A stretch of DNA of 64,000 nucleotides from Eledone cirrhosa. Its lineage: Eukaryota. The stretch is from the NCBI GenBank assembly GCA_964016885.1, contig OZ024743.1, positions 205,654,001 through 205,718,000 on the forward strand, written 5' to 3'. How positions within the stretch are numbered: position 1 is the stretch's first letter; each line of letters starts with the position of its first letter. This document shows positions 14,626 to 28,500 of this stretch, piece by piece. The notes beneath the pieces are model-generated. The model made no database searches, was not told where the DNA came from, and saw nothing but the letters and a program-made list of their open reading frames with translations. A program made the translations under genes and the position numbers.

Positions 14626-15176
14626 CTTCGCTGGCTGGAAATTATCTCCCCTTGGACGGCTGGAAATTATCTCCCCTTGGAAAGATGGAAATTATCTCCC
14701 CTTGGACGGCTGGAAATTATCTCCCCTTGCACGGCTGGAAATTATCTCCCCTTGGACGGCTAGAAATTACCTCTCCTTGGACGGCTGAAAATTATCTCCC
14801 CTTGGACGGCTGGAAATTATCTCCCCTTGGAAGGATGGAAATTATCTCCCCTTGGACGGCTGGAAATTATCTCCCCTTGCACGGCTGGAAATTATCTCCC
14901 CTTGGACGGCTGAAAATTATCTCCCCTTGGAAGGATGGAAATTATCTCCCCTTGGACGGCTGGAAATTATCTCCCCTTGCACGGCTGGAAATTATCTCCC
15001 CTTGGACGGCTAGAAATTACCTCTCCTTGGACGGCTGAAAATTATCTCCCCTTGCACGGCTGGAAATTATCTCCCCTTGGACGGCTAGAAATTACCTCTC
15101 CTTGGACGGCTGAAAATTATCTCCCCTTGCACGGCTGGAAATTATCTCCCCTTGGACGGCTGGAAATTATCTGCCC
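14626..15176 (+). repeat. Type A monomer GGAAATTATCTCCCCTTGGACGGCT; longest pure run seen (22 consecutive 25-bp units)
   Basis: Exact 25-bp phase from 14626 to 15151. Spacer variants are GACGG, GAAGGAT, CACGG, CTAG+TTACCTCT and CTGAAAA. Confidence 0.95.
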
Positions 15177-17400
15177 TTGACTTTGTTTTTACAAATTATC
15201 TCCCCCTGATTTTTTTTACAAATTATCTCCACCTGATATTTAAAAAAATTATCTCCCCTTGGACGGCTGGAAATTATCTCCCCTTGGCTGGAAATTATCT
15301 CCCCTTCGCTGGCTGGAAATTATCTCCCCTTGGACGCTGGAAATTATAGCCCCTTGGAGGCTGGAAATTATCTTCCCTTGGACGGCTGGAAATTATCTCC
15401 CCTTGATTTTTTTTACAAATTATCTCCCCCTGATTTTTTTTTACAAATTATCTCCCCCTGATTTTTTTTTTACAAATTATCTCCGCCTGATTTTTTTTTT
15501 AAAATTATCTCCCCTTGGACGGCTGGAAATTATCTCCCCTTGGACGGCTGGAAATTATCTCCCCTTGGACGGCTAGAATTTACCTCTCCTTGGACGGCTG
15601 AAAATTATCTCCCCTTGATTTTTTTTACAAATTATCTCCCCCTGATTTTTTTTTTTACAAATTATCTCCCCCTGATTTTATTTTACATATTATCTACCCC
15701 TGATTTTTTTTTACAAATTATCTCCGCCTGATTTTTTTACAAATTATCTCCCCCTGATTTTTTTACAAATTATCTCCCCCTGATTTATTTTACAAATTAT
15801 CTCCGCCTGATTTTTTTAAATATTATCTTCCCTTGGCTGGCGGGAAATAATCTCCCCTTGGACGGCTGGAAATTATCTCCCCTTGGAAGGATGGAAATTA
15901 TCTCCCCTTGGACGGCTGGAAATTATCTCCCCTTGCACGGCTGGAAATTATCTCCCCTTGGACGGCTAGAAATTATCTCTCTTTGGACGGCTGGAAATTA
16001 TCTCCCCTTGATTTTTTTTACAAATTATCTCCCCCTGATTTTTTTTACAAATCTCCCAGTGATTTTTTAAAAAAAATAATCTCCCTTTCGCTGGCTGGAA
16101 ATTATCTCCCCTTGGACGCTGGAAATTATAGCCCCTTGGAGGGCTGGAAATTATCTTCCCTCGGACGGCTGGAAATTATCTCCCCTTGATTTTTTTTATA
16201 TATTATCTCCCCCTGATTTTTTTTTACAAATTATCTCCCCGATTTTTTTTTACAAATTATCTCCCCCTGATTTTTTTTTTACAAATTATCTCCGCCTGAT
16301 TTTTAAAAAAAAATTATCTCCCCTTGGACGGCTGGAAATTATCTCCCCTTGAACGGCTGGAAATTATCTCCCCTTGGACGGCTGGAAATTATTTCCCCTT
16401 GATTTTTTTTACAAATTATCTCCCCCTGATTTTTTTTACAAATCTCCCCCTAATTTAAAAATAAATTATCTCCCCTTCGCTGGCTGGAAATTATCTCCCT
16501 TTGGACGGCTCGAAATTATAGCTGCTTGTAGGGCTGGAAATTATCTCCCCTTGGACGGCTGGAAATTATCTCCCCTTGATTTTTTTTACTAATTATCTCC
16601 CCCTGATTTTTTTTTACAAATTATCTCCGCCTGATTTTTTTTTAAAAATTATCTCCCTGGATGGAAATTTTCTCCCCTTGGACGGCTGGAAATTATCTCC
16701 CCTTTATGTCTTCTACAAATTATCTACCCCTGATTTTTTTTTTACAAATTATCTCTCCCTGATTTTTTTTACAAATATCTCGCCTAGGCTGGCTGGAAAT
16801 TATCTCCCCTTGGCTGACTGGAAATTATCTCCCCTTGGACGGCTGGAAATTATCTCCCCTTGGACGCCTAGAAATTACCTCTCCTTGGACAGCTGTAAAT
16901 TATCTCCCCTTGGACGGCTGTAAATTATCTCCCCTTGGACGGCTGGAAATTATCTCCCCTTGATTTTGTATACAAATTATCTCCCCCTGATTTTTTTTTA
17001 CAAATTATCTGCCCCTGATTATTTTTTTACAAATTAGCAACGCCTGATTTTTTTAAAAAATTATCTCCCCTTGGACGGCTGGAAATTATCTCCCCTTGGA
17101 CGGCTGGAAATTATCTCCCCTTGAACGGCTAGAAATTACCTCTCTTTGGACGGCTGAAAATTATCTCCCCTTGGACGGCTGGAAATTATCTCCCCTTGAA
17201 TTTTTTACAAATTATCTCCCCCTTATTTTTTTTTACAAATTATCTCCCCCTGATTTTTTTTTACAAATTATCTACCCCTGATTTTTTTTCCAGATTATCT
17301 CCCCCTGATTTTTTTTTACAAATTATCTCCCCCTGTTTTTTTTTACAAATTATTTCCCCCTGATTTTTTTACAAATTATCTCCCCCTGATTTTTTTTACA
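15120..17400 (+). repeat. ~2.3 kb block present four times (also ~29750-32030, ~45970-48250, ~55140-57420)
   Basis: 15152/29779/46003/55168 and 17096/31722/47947/57112. Shared private variants include TAGCAACGCC, CTCGCCTAGGCT, GGCTCGAAA and ATCTCCCTGGATGG. Confidence 0.92.
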
Positions 17401-20400
17401 AATTATCTCCCCCTGATTTTTTTTTACAAATTATCTCCCCCTGATTTTTTTTACAAATTATATCCCCTTGGCTGGCTGGAAATTATCTCCCCTTGGAGGC
17501 TGGAATTTATCTCCCCTTGGACGGCTAGAAATTACCTCTCCTTGGACGGCTGGAAATTATGTCTCCTTGGACGGCTAGAAATTACCTCTCCTTGGACGGC
17601 TGAAAATTATCTCCCCTTGGACGGCTGGAAATTATCTCCCCTTGATTTTTTTTACAAATTATCTCCCCCTGATTTTTTTTACAAATTATCTCCCCCTGAT
17701 TTTTTTTACAAATTATATCCCCTTGGCTGGCTGGAAATTATCTCCCCTTGGAGGCTGGAATTTATCTCCCCTTGGACGGCTAGAAATTACCTCTCCTTGG
17801 ACGGCTGGAAATTATGTCTCCTTGGACGGCTGGAAATTATCTCCCCTTGGACGGCTGGAAATTATCTCCCCTTGGACGGCTGGAAATTATCTCCCCTTGG
17901 ACGGCTAGATATTACCTCTCCTTGGACGGCTGGAAATTATCTGCCCTTGGACGGCTGGAAATTATCTCCCCTTGGACGGCTGGAAATTATTTCCCCTTGA
18001 TTTTTTTTACAAATTATCTCCCGCTGATTTTTTTTTACAAATCTCCACCTAATTAAAAAAAAAATTATCTCCCCTTCGCTGGCTGGAAATTATCTTGCTT
18101 TGGACGGCTGGAAATTATAGCCGCTTGTAGAGCTGGAAATTATCTCCCCTTGGACGGCTGGAAATTATCTCCCCTTGATTTTTTTTACTAAGTATCTCAC
18201 CCTGATTTTTTTTTACAAATTATCTCCGCCTGATTTTTAAAAAAAAATTATCTCCCCTTGGCTGGATGGAAATTATCTCCCCTTGGACGGCTGGAAATTA
18301 TCTTCCCTTGATTTCTTCTACAAATTATCTACCCCTGATTTTTTTTACAAATTATCTCTCCCTGATTTTTTTTTACAAATATCTCTCCTTGGCTGGCTGG
18401 AAATTATCTCCCCTTGGCTGGCTGGAAATTATCTCCCCCTGATATTTTTTTACAAATTAGCTCCCCCTGATTTTTTTTACAAATTATCTCCCCCTGATTT
18501 TTTTCACAAATTATCTCCCCCTGATTTTTTTTACAAATTATCTCCCCTGATTTAAAAAAAAAAAGTATCTCCCCTTGGACGGCTGGAAATTATCTCCCCT
18601 TGGACGGCTGGAAATTATCGCCCCCTGATTTTTTTTTTACAAATTATCTCCACCTGATTTTTTTTACAAATCATCTCAGCCTGATTTTTTTAAAATATTA
18701 TCTCCCTTGGCTTGCTGGAAATTATCTCCCCTTGGACGGCTATAAATTATCTCTCCTTCGACGGCTGGAAATTATCTCCCCTTGATTTTTTTACAAATTA
18801 TCTCCCCCTGATTTTTTTTTACCAATCAACCCCTGATTTAAAAACAAAAATTATCACCCCTTCGCTGGCTGGAAATTATCTCCCCTTGGACGGCTGGAAA
18901 TTATCTCCCCTTGAATTTTTTTACAAATTATCTACCCCTGATTTTTTTACAAATTATCTCCCCCTGATTTTTTTTACAAATTATCTCCCCCTGATTTTTT
19001 TTTTTTACAAATTATCTCCGCCTGATTTTTTTAGAATTATCTCCCCTTGGCTGGATGGAAATTATCTCCCCTTGGACGGCTGGAAATTATCTCCCCTTGG
19101 AAGGATGGAAATTATCTCCCCTTGCACGGCTGGAAATTATCTCCCCTTGGACGGCTAGAAATTACCTCTCCTTGGACGGCTGAAAATTATCTCCCCTTGG
19201 ACGGCTGGAAATTATGTCCACCTGATTTTTTTTACAAATCATCTCCGCCTGATTTTTTTAAAAACTTATCTCCCTTGGCTTGCTGGAAATTATCTCCCCT
19301 TGGACGGCTATAAATTATCTCTCCTTCGACGGCTGGAAATTATCTCCCCTTGATTTTTTTACAAATTATCTCCCCCTGATTTTTTTTTACCAATCTACCC
19401 CTGATTTAAAAAAAAATTATCTCTCCTTCGCTGGCTGGAAATTATCTCCCCTTGGACGGCTGGAAATTATCTCCCCTTGATTTTTTTTTACAAATTATCT
19501 ACCCCTGATTTTTTTACAAATTATCTCCCCCTGATTTTTTTTTACAAATTATCTCCCCTTGATTTTTTTTTTTACAAATTATCTCCGCCTGATTTTCTTA
19601 AAATTATCTCCCCTTGGCTGGATGGAAATTATCTCCCCTAGGACAGCTGGAAATTATCTCCCCTTGCACGGCTGGAAATTATCTTCCCTTGGACGGCTAG
19701 AAATTACCTCTCCTTGGACGGCTGAAAATTATCTCCCCTTGGACGGCTGGAAATTATCTCCCCCTGATTTTTTTTACAAATTATCTCCCCTTGCACGGCT
19801 GGAAATTATCTCCCCTTGGACGGCTGGAAATTATCTGCCCTTGATTTTGTTTTTACAAATTATCTCCCCCTGATTTTTTTTACAAATTATCTCCACCTGA
19901 TATTTTAAAAAATTATCTCCCCTTGGACGGCTGGAAATTATCTCCCCTTGGCTGGAAATTATCTCCCCTTGGACGGCTAGAAATTATCTCTCTTTGGACG
20001 GCTGGAAATTATCTCCCCTTGATTCTTTTTACAAATTATCTCCCCCTGATTTTTTTTACAAATCTCCCAGTGATTTTTTAAAAAAAATTATCTCCCCTTC
20101 GCTGGCTGGAAATTATCTCCCCTTGGACGCTGGAAATTATAGCCCCTTGCACGCTGGAAATTATCTTCCCTTGGACGGCTGGAAATTATCTCCCCTTGAT
20201 TTTTTTACAAATTATCTCCCCCTGATTTTTTTTTACAAATTATCTCCCCTTGGACGGGTGGAAATTATCTCCCCTTGATTTTTTTACAAATTATCTCCCC
20301 CTGATTTTTTTTTACCAATCTACCCCTGATTTAAAAAAAAAAATTATCTCCCCTTCGCTGGCTGGAAATTATCTCCCCTTGGACGGCTTGAAATTATCTC

Positions 20401-23400
20401 CCCTTGGACGGCTAGAAATTACCTCTCCTTGGACGGCTGAAAATTATCTCCCCTTGATTTTTTTTACAAATTATCTCCCCCTGATTTTTTTTTTACAAAT
20501 TATCTCCCCCTGGTTTTATTTTACATATTATCTACCCCTGATTTTTTTTTACAAATTATCTCCACCTGATCTTTTTTACAAATTATCTCCCACTGATTTT
20601 TTTTTACAAATTATCTCCCCCTGATTTTTTTACAAATTATCTCCCCCTGATTTTTTTTTCAAATTATCTCCGCCTGATTTTTTTAAATATTATCTTCCCT
20701 TGGCTGGCGGGAAATTATCTCCCCTTGGACGGCTGGAAATTATCTCCCCTTGGAAGGATGGAAATTATCTCCCCTTGGACGGCTGGAAATTATCTCCCCT
20801 TGCACTGCTGGAAATTATCTCCCCTTGGACGGCTGGAAATTATCTCCCCTTGGCTGGAAATTATCTCCCCTTGGACGGCTAGAAATTATCTCTCTTTGGA
20901 CGGCTGGAAATTATCTCCCCTTGATTTTTTTACAAATTATCTCCCCCTGATTTTTTTTACAAATCTCCCAGTGATTTTTTTTAAAAAATTATCTCCCCTT
21001 CACTGGCTGGAAATTATCTCCCCTTGGACGCTGGAAATTATAGCCCCTTGGAGGGCTGGAAATTATCTTCCCTTGGACGGCTGGAAATTATCTCCCCTTG
21101 ATTTCTTTTACAAATTATCTCCCCCTGATTTTTTTTTACAAATTATCTCCCCCTGATTTTTTTTTACAAATTATCTCCCCCTGATTTTTTTTACAACTTA
21201 TCTCCGCCTGATTTTTTTAAAAAAATTATCTCCCCTTGGACGGCTGGAAATTATCTCCCCTTGGACGGCTGGAAATTATCTCTCCTTGGACGGCTAGAAA
21301 TTACCTCTCCTTGGACGGCTGAAAATTATCTCCCCTTGGACGGCTGGAAATTATCTCCCCTTGATTTTTTTTACAAATTATCTCCCCCTGATTTTTTTTT
21401 ACAAATTATCTCCCCCTGATTTTTTTTACAAATTATCTCCCCCTGATTTTTTTTTACAAATTATCTCCCCCTGATTTTTTTTACAAATTATATCCCCTTG
21501 GCTGGCTGGAAATTATCTCCCCTTGGAGGCTGGAATTTATCTCCCCTTGGACGGCTAGAAATTACCTCTCCTTGGACGGCTGGAAATTATGTCTCCTTGG
21601 ACGGTTGGAAATTATCTCCCCTTGGACGGCTGGAAATTATCTCCCCTTGGACGGCTGGAAATTATCTCCCCTTGGACGGCTAGATATTACCTCTCCTTGG
21701 ACGGCTGGAAATTATCTGCCCTTGGACGGCTGGAAATTATCTCCCCTTGGACGGCTGGAAATTATTTCCCCTTGATTTTTTTTACAAATTATCTCCCCCT
21801 GATTTTTTTTTACAAATCTCCACCTAATTAAAAAAAAAATTATCTCCCCTTCGCTGGCTGGAAATTATCTTCCTCTGGACGGCTGGAAATTATAGCCGCT
21901 TGTAGGGCTGGAAATTATCTCCCCTTGGACGGCTGGAAATTATCTCCCCTTGATTTTTTTTACTAAGTATCTCACCCTGATTTTTTTTTACAAATTATCT
22001 CCGCCTGATTTTTAAAAAAAAATTATCTCCCCTTGGCTGGATGGAAATTATCTCCCCTTGGACGGCTGGAAATTATCTTCCCTTGATTTCTTCTACAAAT
22101 TATCTACCCCTGATTTTTTTTTTACAAATTATCTCTCCCTGATTTTTTTTTACAAATATCTCCCCTTCGCTGGCTGACAAATCATCTCCGCCTGATTTTT
22201 TTAAAAACTTATCTCCCTTGGCTTGCTTGAAATTATCTCCCCTTGGACGGCTATAAATTATCTCTCCTTCGACGGCTGGAAATTATCTCCCCTTGATTTT
22301 TTTACAAATTATCTCCCCCTGATTTTTTTTACCAATCTACCCCTGATTTAAAAAAAAATTATCTCTCCTTCGCTGGCTGGAAATTATCTCCCCTTGGACG
22401 GCTGGAAATTATCTCCCCTTGATTTTTTTTACAAATTATCTACCCTGATTTTTTTACAAATTATCTCCCCCTGATTTTTTTTTACAAATTATCTCCCCCT
22501 GATTTTTTTTTTTACAAATTATCTCCGCCTGATTTTTTTAAAATTATCTCCCCTTGGCTGGATGGAAATTATCTCCCCTTGGACGGCTGGAAATTATCTC
22601 CCCTTGCACGGCTGGAAATTATCTTCCCTTGGACGGCTAGAAATTACCTCTCCTTGGACGGCTGAAAATTATCTCCCCTTGGACGGCTGGAAATTATCTC
22701 CCCCTGATTTTTTTTACAAATTATCTCCCCTTGCACGGCTGGAAATTATCTCCCCTTGGACGGCTGGAAATTATCTGCCCTTGATTTTGTTTTTACAAAT
22801 TATCTCCCCCTGATTTGTTTTACAAATTATCTCCACCTGATATTTTAAAAAATTATCTCCCCTTGGACGGCTGGAAATTATCTCCCCTTGGCTGGAAATT
22901 ATCTCCCCTTGGACGGCTAGAAATTATCTCTCTTTGGACGGCTGGAAATTATCTCCCCTTGATTCTCTTTACAAATTATCTCCCCCTGATTTTTTTTACA
23001 AATCTCCCCCTAATTTAAAAAAAAATTATCTCCCCTTCGCTGGCAGGAAATTATCTCCCCTTGGACGCTGAAAATTATAGCCCCTTGGAGGCTGGAAATT
23101 ATCTTCCCTTGGACGGCTGGAAATCTCCCCTTGATTTTTTTACAAATTATCTCCCCCTGATTTTTTTTTACAAATTATCTCCCCCTGATTTTTTTTTTAC
23201 AAATTATCTCCCCTTGGACGGGTGGAAATTATCTCCCCTTGGACGGCTTGAAATTATCTCCCCTTGGACGGCTAGTAATTACCTCTCCTTGGACGGCTGA
23301 AAATTATCTCTCCTTGATTTTTTTTACAAATTATCTCCCCCTGATTTTTTTTTTTACAAATTATCTCCCCCTGATTTTATTTTACATATTATCTACCCCT

Positions 23401-24959
23401 GATTTTTTTTTACAAATTATCTCCACCTGATCTTTTTTACAAATTATCTCCCCCTGATTTTTTTTTTACAAATTATCTCCCCCTGATTTTTTTACAAATT
23501 ATCTCCCCCTAATTTATTTTACAAATTATCTCCGCCTGATTTTTTTAAATATTATCTTCCCTTGGCTGGCGGGAAATAATCTCCCCTTGGACGGCTGGAA
23601 ATTATCTCCCCTTGGAAGGATGGAAATTATCTTCCCTTGGACGGCTGGAAATTATCTCCCCTTGCACGGCTGGAAATTATCTCACCTTGGACGGCTGGAA
23701 ATTATCTCCCCTTCGCTGGAAATTATCTCCCCTTGGATGGCTAGAAATTATCTCTCTTTGGACGGCTGGAAATTATCTCCCCTTGATTCTTTTTACAAAT
23801 TATCTCCCCCTGATTTTTTTTACAAATCTCCCAGTGATTTTTAAAAAAAAATTATCTCCCTTTCGCTGGCTGGAAATTATCTCCCCTTGGACGCTGGAAA
23901 TTATAGCCCCTTGGAGGGCTGGAAATTATCTTCCCTTGGACGGCTGGAAATTATCTACCCTTGATTTTTTTTACATATTATCTCCCCCTGATTTTTTTTA
24001 CAACTTATCTTCGCCTGATTTTTAAAAAAAAATTATCTCCCCTTGGACGGCTGGAAATTATCTCCCCTTGGACGGCTGGAAATTATCTCTCCTTGGACGG
24101 CTAGAAATTACCTCTCCTTGGACGGCTGAAAATTATCTCCCCTTGGACGGCTGGAAATTATCTCCCCTTGATTTTTTTTACAAATTATCTCCCCCTGATT
24201 TTTTTTTACAAATTATCTCCCCCTGATTTTTTTTACAAATTATATTCCCTTGGCTGGCTGGAAATTATCTCCCCTTGGAGGCTGGAATTTATCTCCCCTT
24301 GGACGGCTAGAAATTACCTCTCCTTGGACGGCTGGAAATTATGTCTCCTTGGACGGCTGGAAATTATCTCCCCTTGGACGGCTGGAAATTATCTCCCCTT
24401 GGACGGCTGGAAATTATCTCCCCTTGATTTTGTATACAAATTATCTCCCCCTGATATTTTTTTACAAATTATCTGCCCCTGATTATTTTTTACAAATTAG
24501 CTCCGCCTGATTTTTTTTAAAAATTATCTCCCCTTGGACGGCTGGAAATTATCTCCCCTTGGACGGCTGGAAATTATCTCCCCTTGAACGGCTAGAAATT
24601 ACCTGTCCTTGGACGGCTGAAAATTATCTCCCCTTGGACGGCTGGAAATTATCTCCCCTTGATTTTTTACAAATTATCTCCCCCTGATTTTTTTTACAAA
24701 TTATCTCCCCCTGATTTTTTTTTACAAATTATCTACCCCTGATTTTTTTTACAAATCTCCCAGTGATTTTTTTAAAAAAATTATCTCCCCTTCGCTGGCT
24801 GGAAATTATCTCCCCTTGGACGCTGGAAATTATAGCTCCTTGGAGGGCTGGAAGTTATCTTTCCTTGGAGGGCTGGAATTTATCTTCCCTTGGACGGCTG
24901 GAAATTATCTCCCCTTGATTTTTTTTACAAATTATCTCCCCCTGATTTTTTTTTACAAA

Positions 24960-25510
24960 TTATCTCCCCCTGATTTTTTTTTTACAAATTATCTCCGCCT
25001 GATTTTTTTTAAAAATTATCTCCCCTTGGACGGCTGGAAATTATCTCCCCTTGGACGGCTGGAAATTATCTCCCCTTGGACGGCTAGAAATTACCTCTCC
25101 TTGGACGGCTTAAAATTATCTCCCCTTGATTTTTTTTACAAATTATCTACCCCTGATTTTTTTTTACAAATTATCTACGCCTGATTTTTTTTTCCAAATT
25201 ATCTCCCCCTGATTTTTTTTTACAAATTATCTCCCCCTGATTTTTTTTTTACAAATTATCTCCGCCTGATTTTTTTTAAAAATTATCTCCCCTTGGACGG
25301 CTGGAAATTATCTCCCCTTGGACGGCTGGAAATTATCTCCCCTTGGACGGCTAGAAATTACCTCTCCTTGGACGGCTTAAAATTATCTCCCCTTGATTTT
25401 TTTTTACAAATTATCTACCCCTGATTTTTTTTTACAAATTATCTACGCCTGATTTTTTTTTCCAAATTATCTCCCCCTGATTTTTTTTTACAAATTATCT
25501 CCCCCTGTTT
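24960..25510 (+). repeat. Local tandem duplication of ~268 bp (about 10 monomers)
   Basis: The rare variant GGACGGCTTAAAA occurs at ~25103 and ~25370, each followed by CTACGCC and TTCCAAATT. It is single-copy in the sister region near 43140. Confidence 0.85.
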
Positions 25511-28500
25511 TTTTTTACAAATTATTTCCCCCTGATTATTTTACAAATTATCTCCGCCTGATTTTTTTAAATATTATCTTCCCTTGGCTGGCGGGAAATT
25601 ATCTCCCCTTGGACGCCTGGAAATTATCTCCCCTTGGAAGGATGGAAATTATCTCCCCTTGGACGGCTGGAAATTATCTGCACTTGATTTTGTTTTTACA
25701 AATTATCTTCCCCTGATTTTTTTTACAAATTATCTCCACCTGATTTTTTAAAAAATTATCTCTCCTTGGACGGCTGGAAATTATCTCCCCTTGGCTGGAA
25801 ATTATCTCCCCTTGGACGGCTAGAAATTATCTCTCTTTGGACGGCTGGAACTTATCTCCCCTTGATTTTTTTACAAATTATCTCCCCCAGATTTTTTTTA
25901 CAAATCTCCCAGTGATTTTTTTTAAAAAATTATCTCCCCTTCGCTGGCTGGAAATTATCTCCCCTTGGACGCTGGAAATTATAGCCCCTTGGAGGGCTGG
26001 AAGTTATCTTCGCTTCGAGGGCTGGAAATTATCTTCCCTTGGACGGCTAGAAATTATCTCCCCTTGATTTTTTTTACAAATTATCTCCCCCTGATTTTTT
26101 TTTTACAAATTATCTCCGCCTGATTTTTTTTTTAAATTATCTCCCCTTGGACGGCTGGAAATTATCTCCCCTTGGACGGCTGGAAATTATCTCCCCTTGG
26201 ACGGCTAGAAATTACGTCTCCTTGGACGGCTGAAAATTATCTCCCCTTGGACGGCTGGAAATTATCTCCCCTTGATTTTTTTTTACAAATTGTCTCCCCC
26301 TGATTTTTTTTTACAAATTATCTACCCCTGATTTTTTTTTACAAATTATCTCCCCCTGATTTTTTTTACAAATTATCTCCCCCTGATTTTTTTTTACAAA
26401 TTATCTCCCCCTGATTTTTTTTACAAATCTCCCCCTAATTTAAAAAAAAATTATCTCCCCTTCGCTGGCTGGAAATTATCTCCCTTTGGACGGCTGGAAA
26501 TTATAGCTGCTTGTAGGGCTGGAAATTATCTCCCCTTGGACGGCTGGAAATTATCTCCCCTTGATTTTTTTTGCTAATTATCTCCCCCTGATTTTTTTTT
26601 ACAAATATCTCCCCTTGGCTGCCTGGAAATTATCTCCCATTGGCAGGCTGGAAATGATCTCCCCTTGGACGGCTGGAAATTATCTCCCCTTGGACGCCTA
26701 GAAATTACCTCTCCTTGGACAGCTGTAAATTATCTCCCCTTGGACGGCTGGAAATTATCTCCCCTTGATTTTGTATACAAATTATCTCCCCCTGATTTTT
26801 TTTTACAAATTATCTGCCCCTGATTATTTTTTTACAAATTAGCTCCGCCTGATTTTTTTTTAAAATTATCTCCCCTTGGACGGCTGGAAATTATCTCCCC
26901 TTGGACGGCTGGAAATTATCGCCCCCTGATTTTTTTTAACAAATTATCTCCACCTGATTTTTTTTACAAATCATCTCCGCCTGATTTTTTAAAGAAATTA
27001 TCTCCCTTGGCTTGCTGGAAATTATCTCCCCTTGGACGGCTATAAATTATCTCTCCTTCGACGGCTGGAAATTATCTCCCCTTGATTTTTTTACAAATTA
27101 TCTCCCCCTGATTTTTTTTTACCAATCTACCCCTGATTTAAAAAAAAAAATTATCTCCCCTTCGCTGGCTGGAAATTATCTCCCCTTGGACGGCTGGAAA
27201 TTATCTCCCCTTGGAAGGATGGAAATTATCTCCCCTTGGACGGCTGGAAATTATCTCCCCTTGCACGGCTGGAAATTATCTCCCCTTGGACGGCTAGAAA
27301 TTGCCTCTCCTTGAACGGCTGAAAATTATCTCCCCTTGGACGGCTGGAAATTATCTCACCCTGATTTTTTTTACAAATTATCTCCCCTTGCACGGCTGGA
27401 AATTATCTCCCCTTGGACGGCTGGAAATTATCTGCCCTTGATTTTGTTTTTACAAATTATCTCCCCCTGATTTTTTTTACAAATTATCTCCACCTGATAT
27501 TTAAAAAAATTATCTCCCCTTGGACGGCTGGAAATTATCTCCCCTTGGCTGGAAATTATCTCCCCTTTGACGGCTAGAAATTATCTCTCTTTGGACGGCT
27601 GGAAATTATCTCCCCTTGGACGCTGGAAATTATAGCCCCTTGGAGGCTGGAAATTATCTTCCCTTGGACGGCTGGAAATTATCTCCCCTTGATTTTTTTA
27701 CAAATTATCTCCCCCTGATTTTTTTTTACAAATTATCTCCCCCTGATTTTTTTTTACAAATTATCTCCCCCTGATTTTTTTTACAAATTATCTCCCCCTG
27801 ATTTTTTTACCAATTATCTCCCCTTGGCTGGCTGGAAATTATCTCCCCTTGGAGGCTGGAATTTATCTCCCCTTGGACGGCTGGAAATTATCTCCCATTG
27901 GACGGCTAGAAATTACCTCTCCTTGGACGGCTGAAAATTATCTCCCCTTGGACGGCTGGAAATTATCTCCCCTTGATTTTTTTACAAATTATCTCCCCCT
28001 GATTTTTTTTTACAAATTATCTCCCCCTGAATTTTTTTTTACAAATTATCTCCCCCTGATTTTTTTTACAAATTATCTCCCCCTGATTTTTTTACAAATT
28101 ATCTCCCCTTGGCTGGCTGGAAATTATCTCCCCTTGGAGGCTGGAATTTATCTCCCCTTGGACGGCTGGAAATTATCTCCCCTTGGACGGCTAGAAATTA
28201 CCTCTCCTTGGACGGCTGGAAATTATCTCCCCTTGAACGGCTGGAAATTATCTCCCCTTGGACGGCTGGAAATTATCTCCCCTTGGACGGCTGGAAATTA
28301 TCTCCCCTTGGACGGCTAGAAATTACCTCTCCTTGGACGGCTGGAAATTATCTCCCCTTGGACGGCTGGAAATTATCTCCCCTTGGACGGCTGGAAATTA
28401 TTTCCCCTTGATTTTTTTTACAAATCATCTCCCCCTGATTTTTTTTACAAATCTCCCCCTAATTTAAAAAAAAATTAGCTCCCCTTCGCTGGCTGGAAAT

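Larger units (their letters stand above)
4250..21290 (+). repeat. Direct duplication at ~13.1 kb offset (~4250-8260 matches ~17360-21290)
   Basis: 4430/17542 (+13112), 5199/18283 (+13084), 6221/19280 (+13059), 7672/20700 (+13028). The steps of 28, 25 and ~31 bp correspond mostly to loss of whole monomers. Confidence 0.9.
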
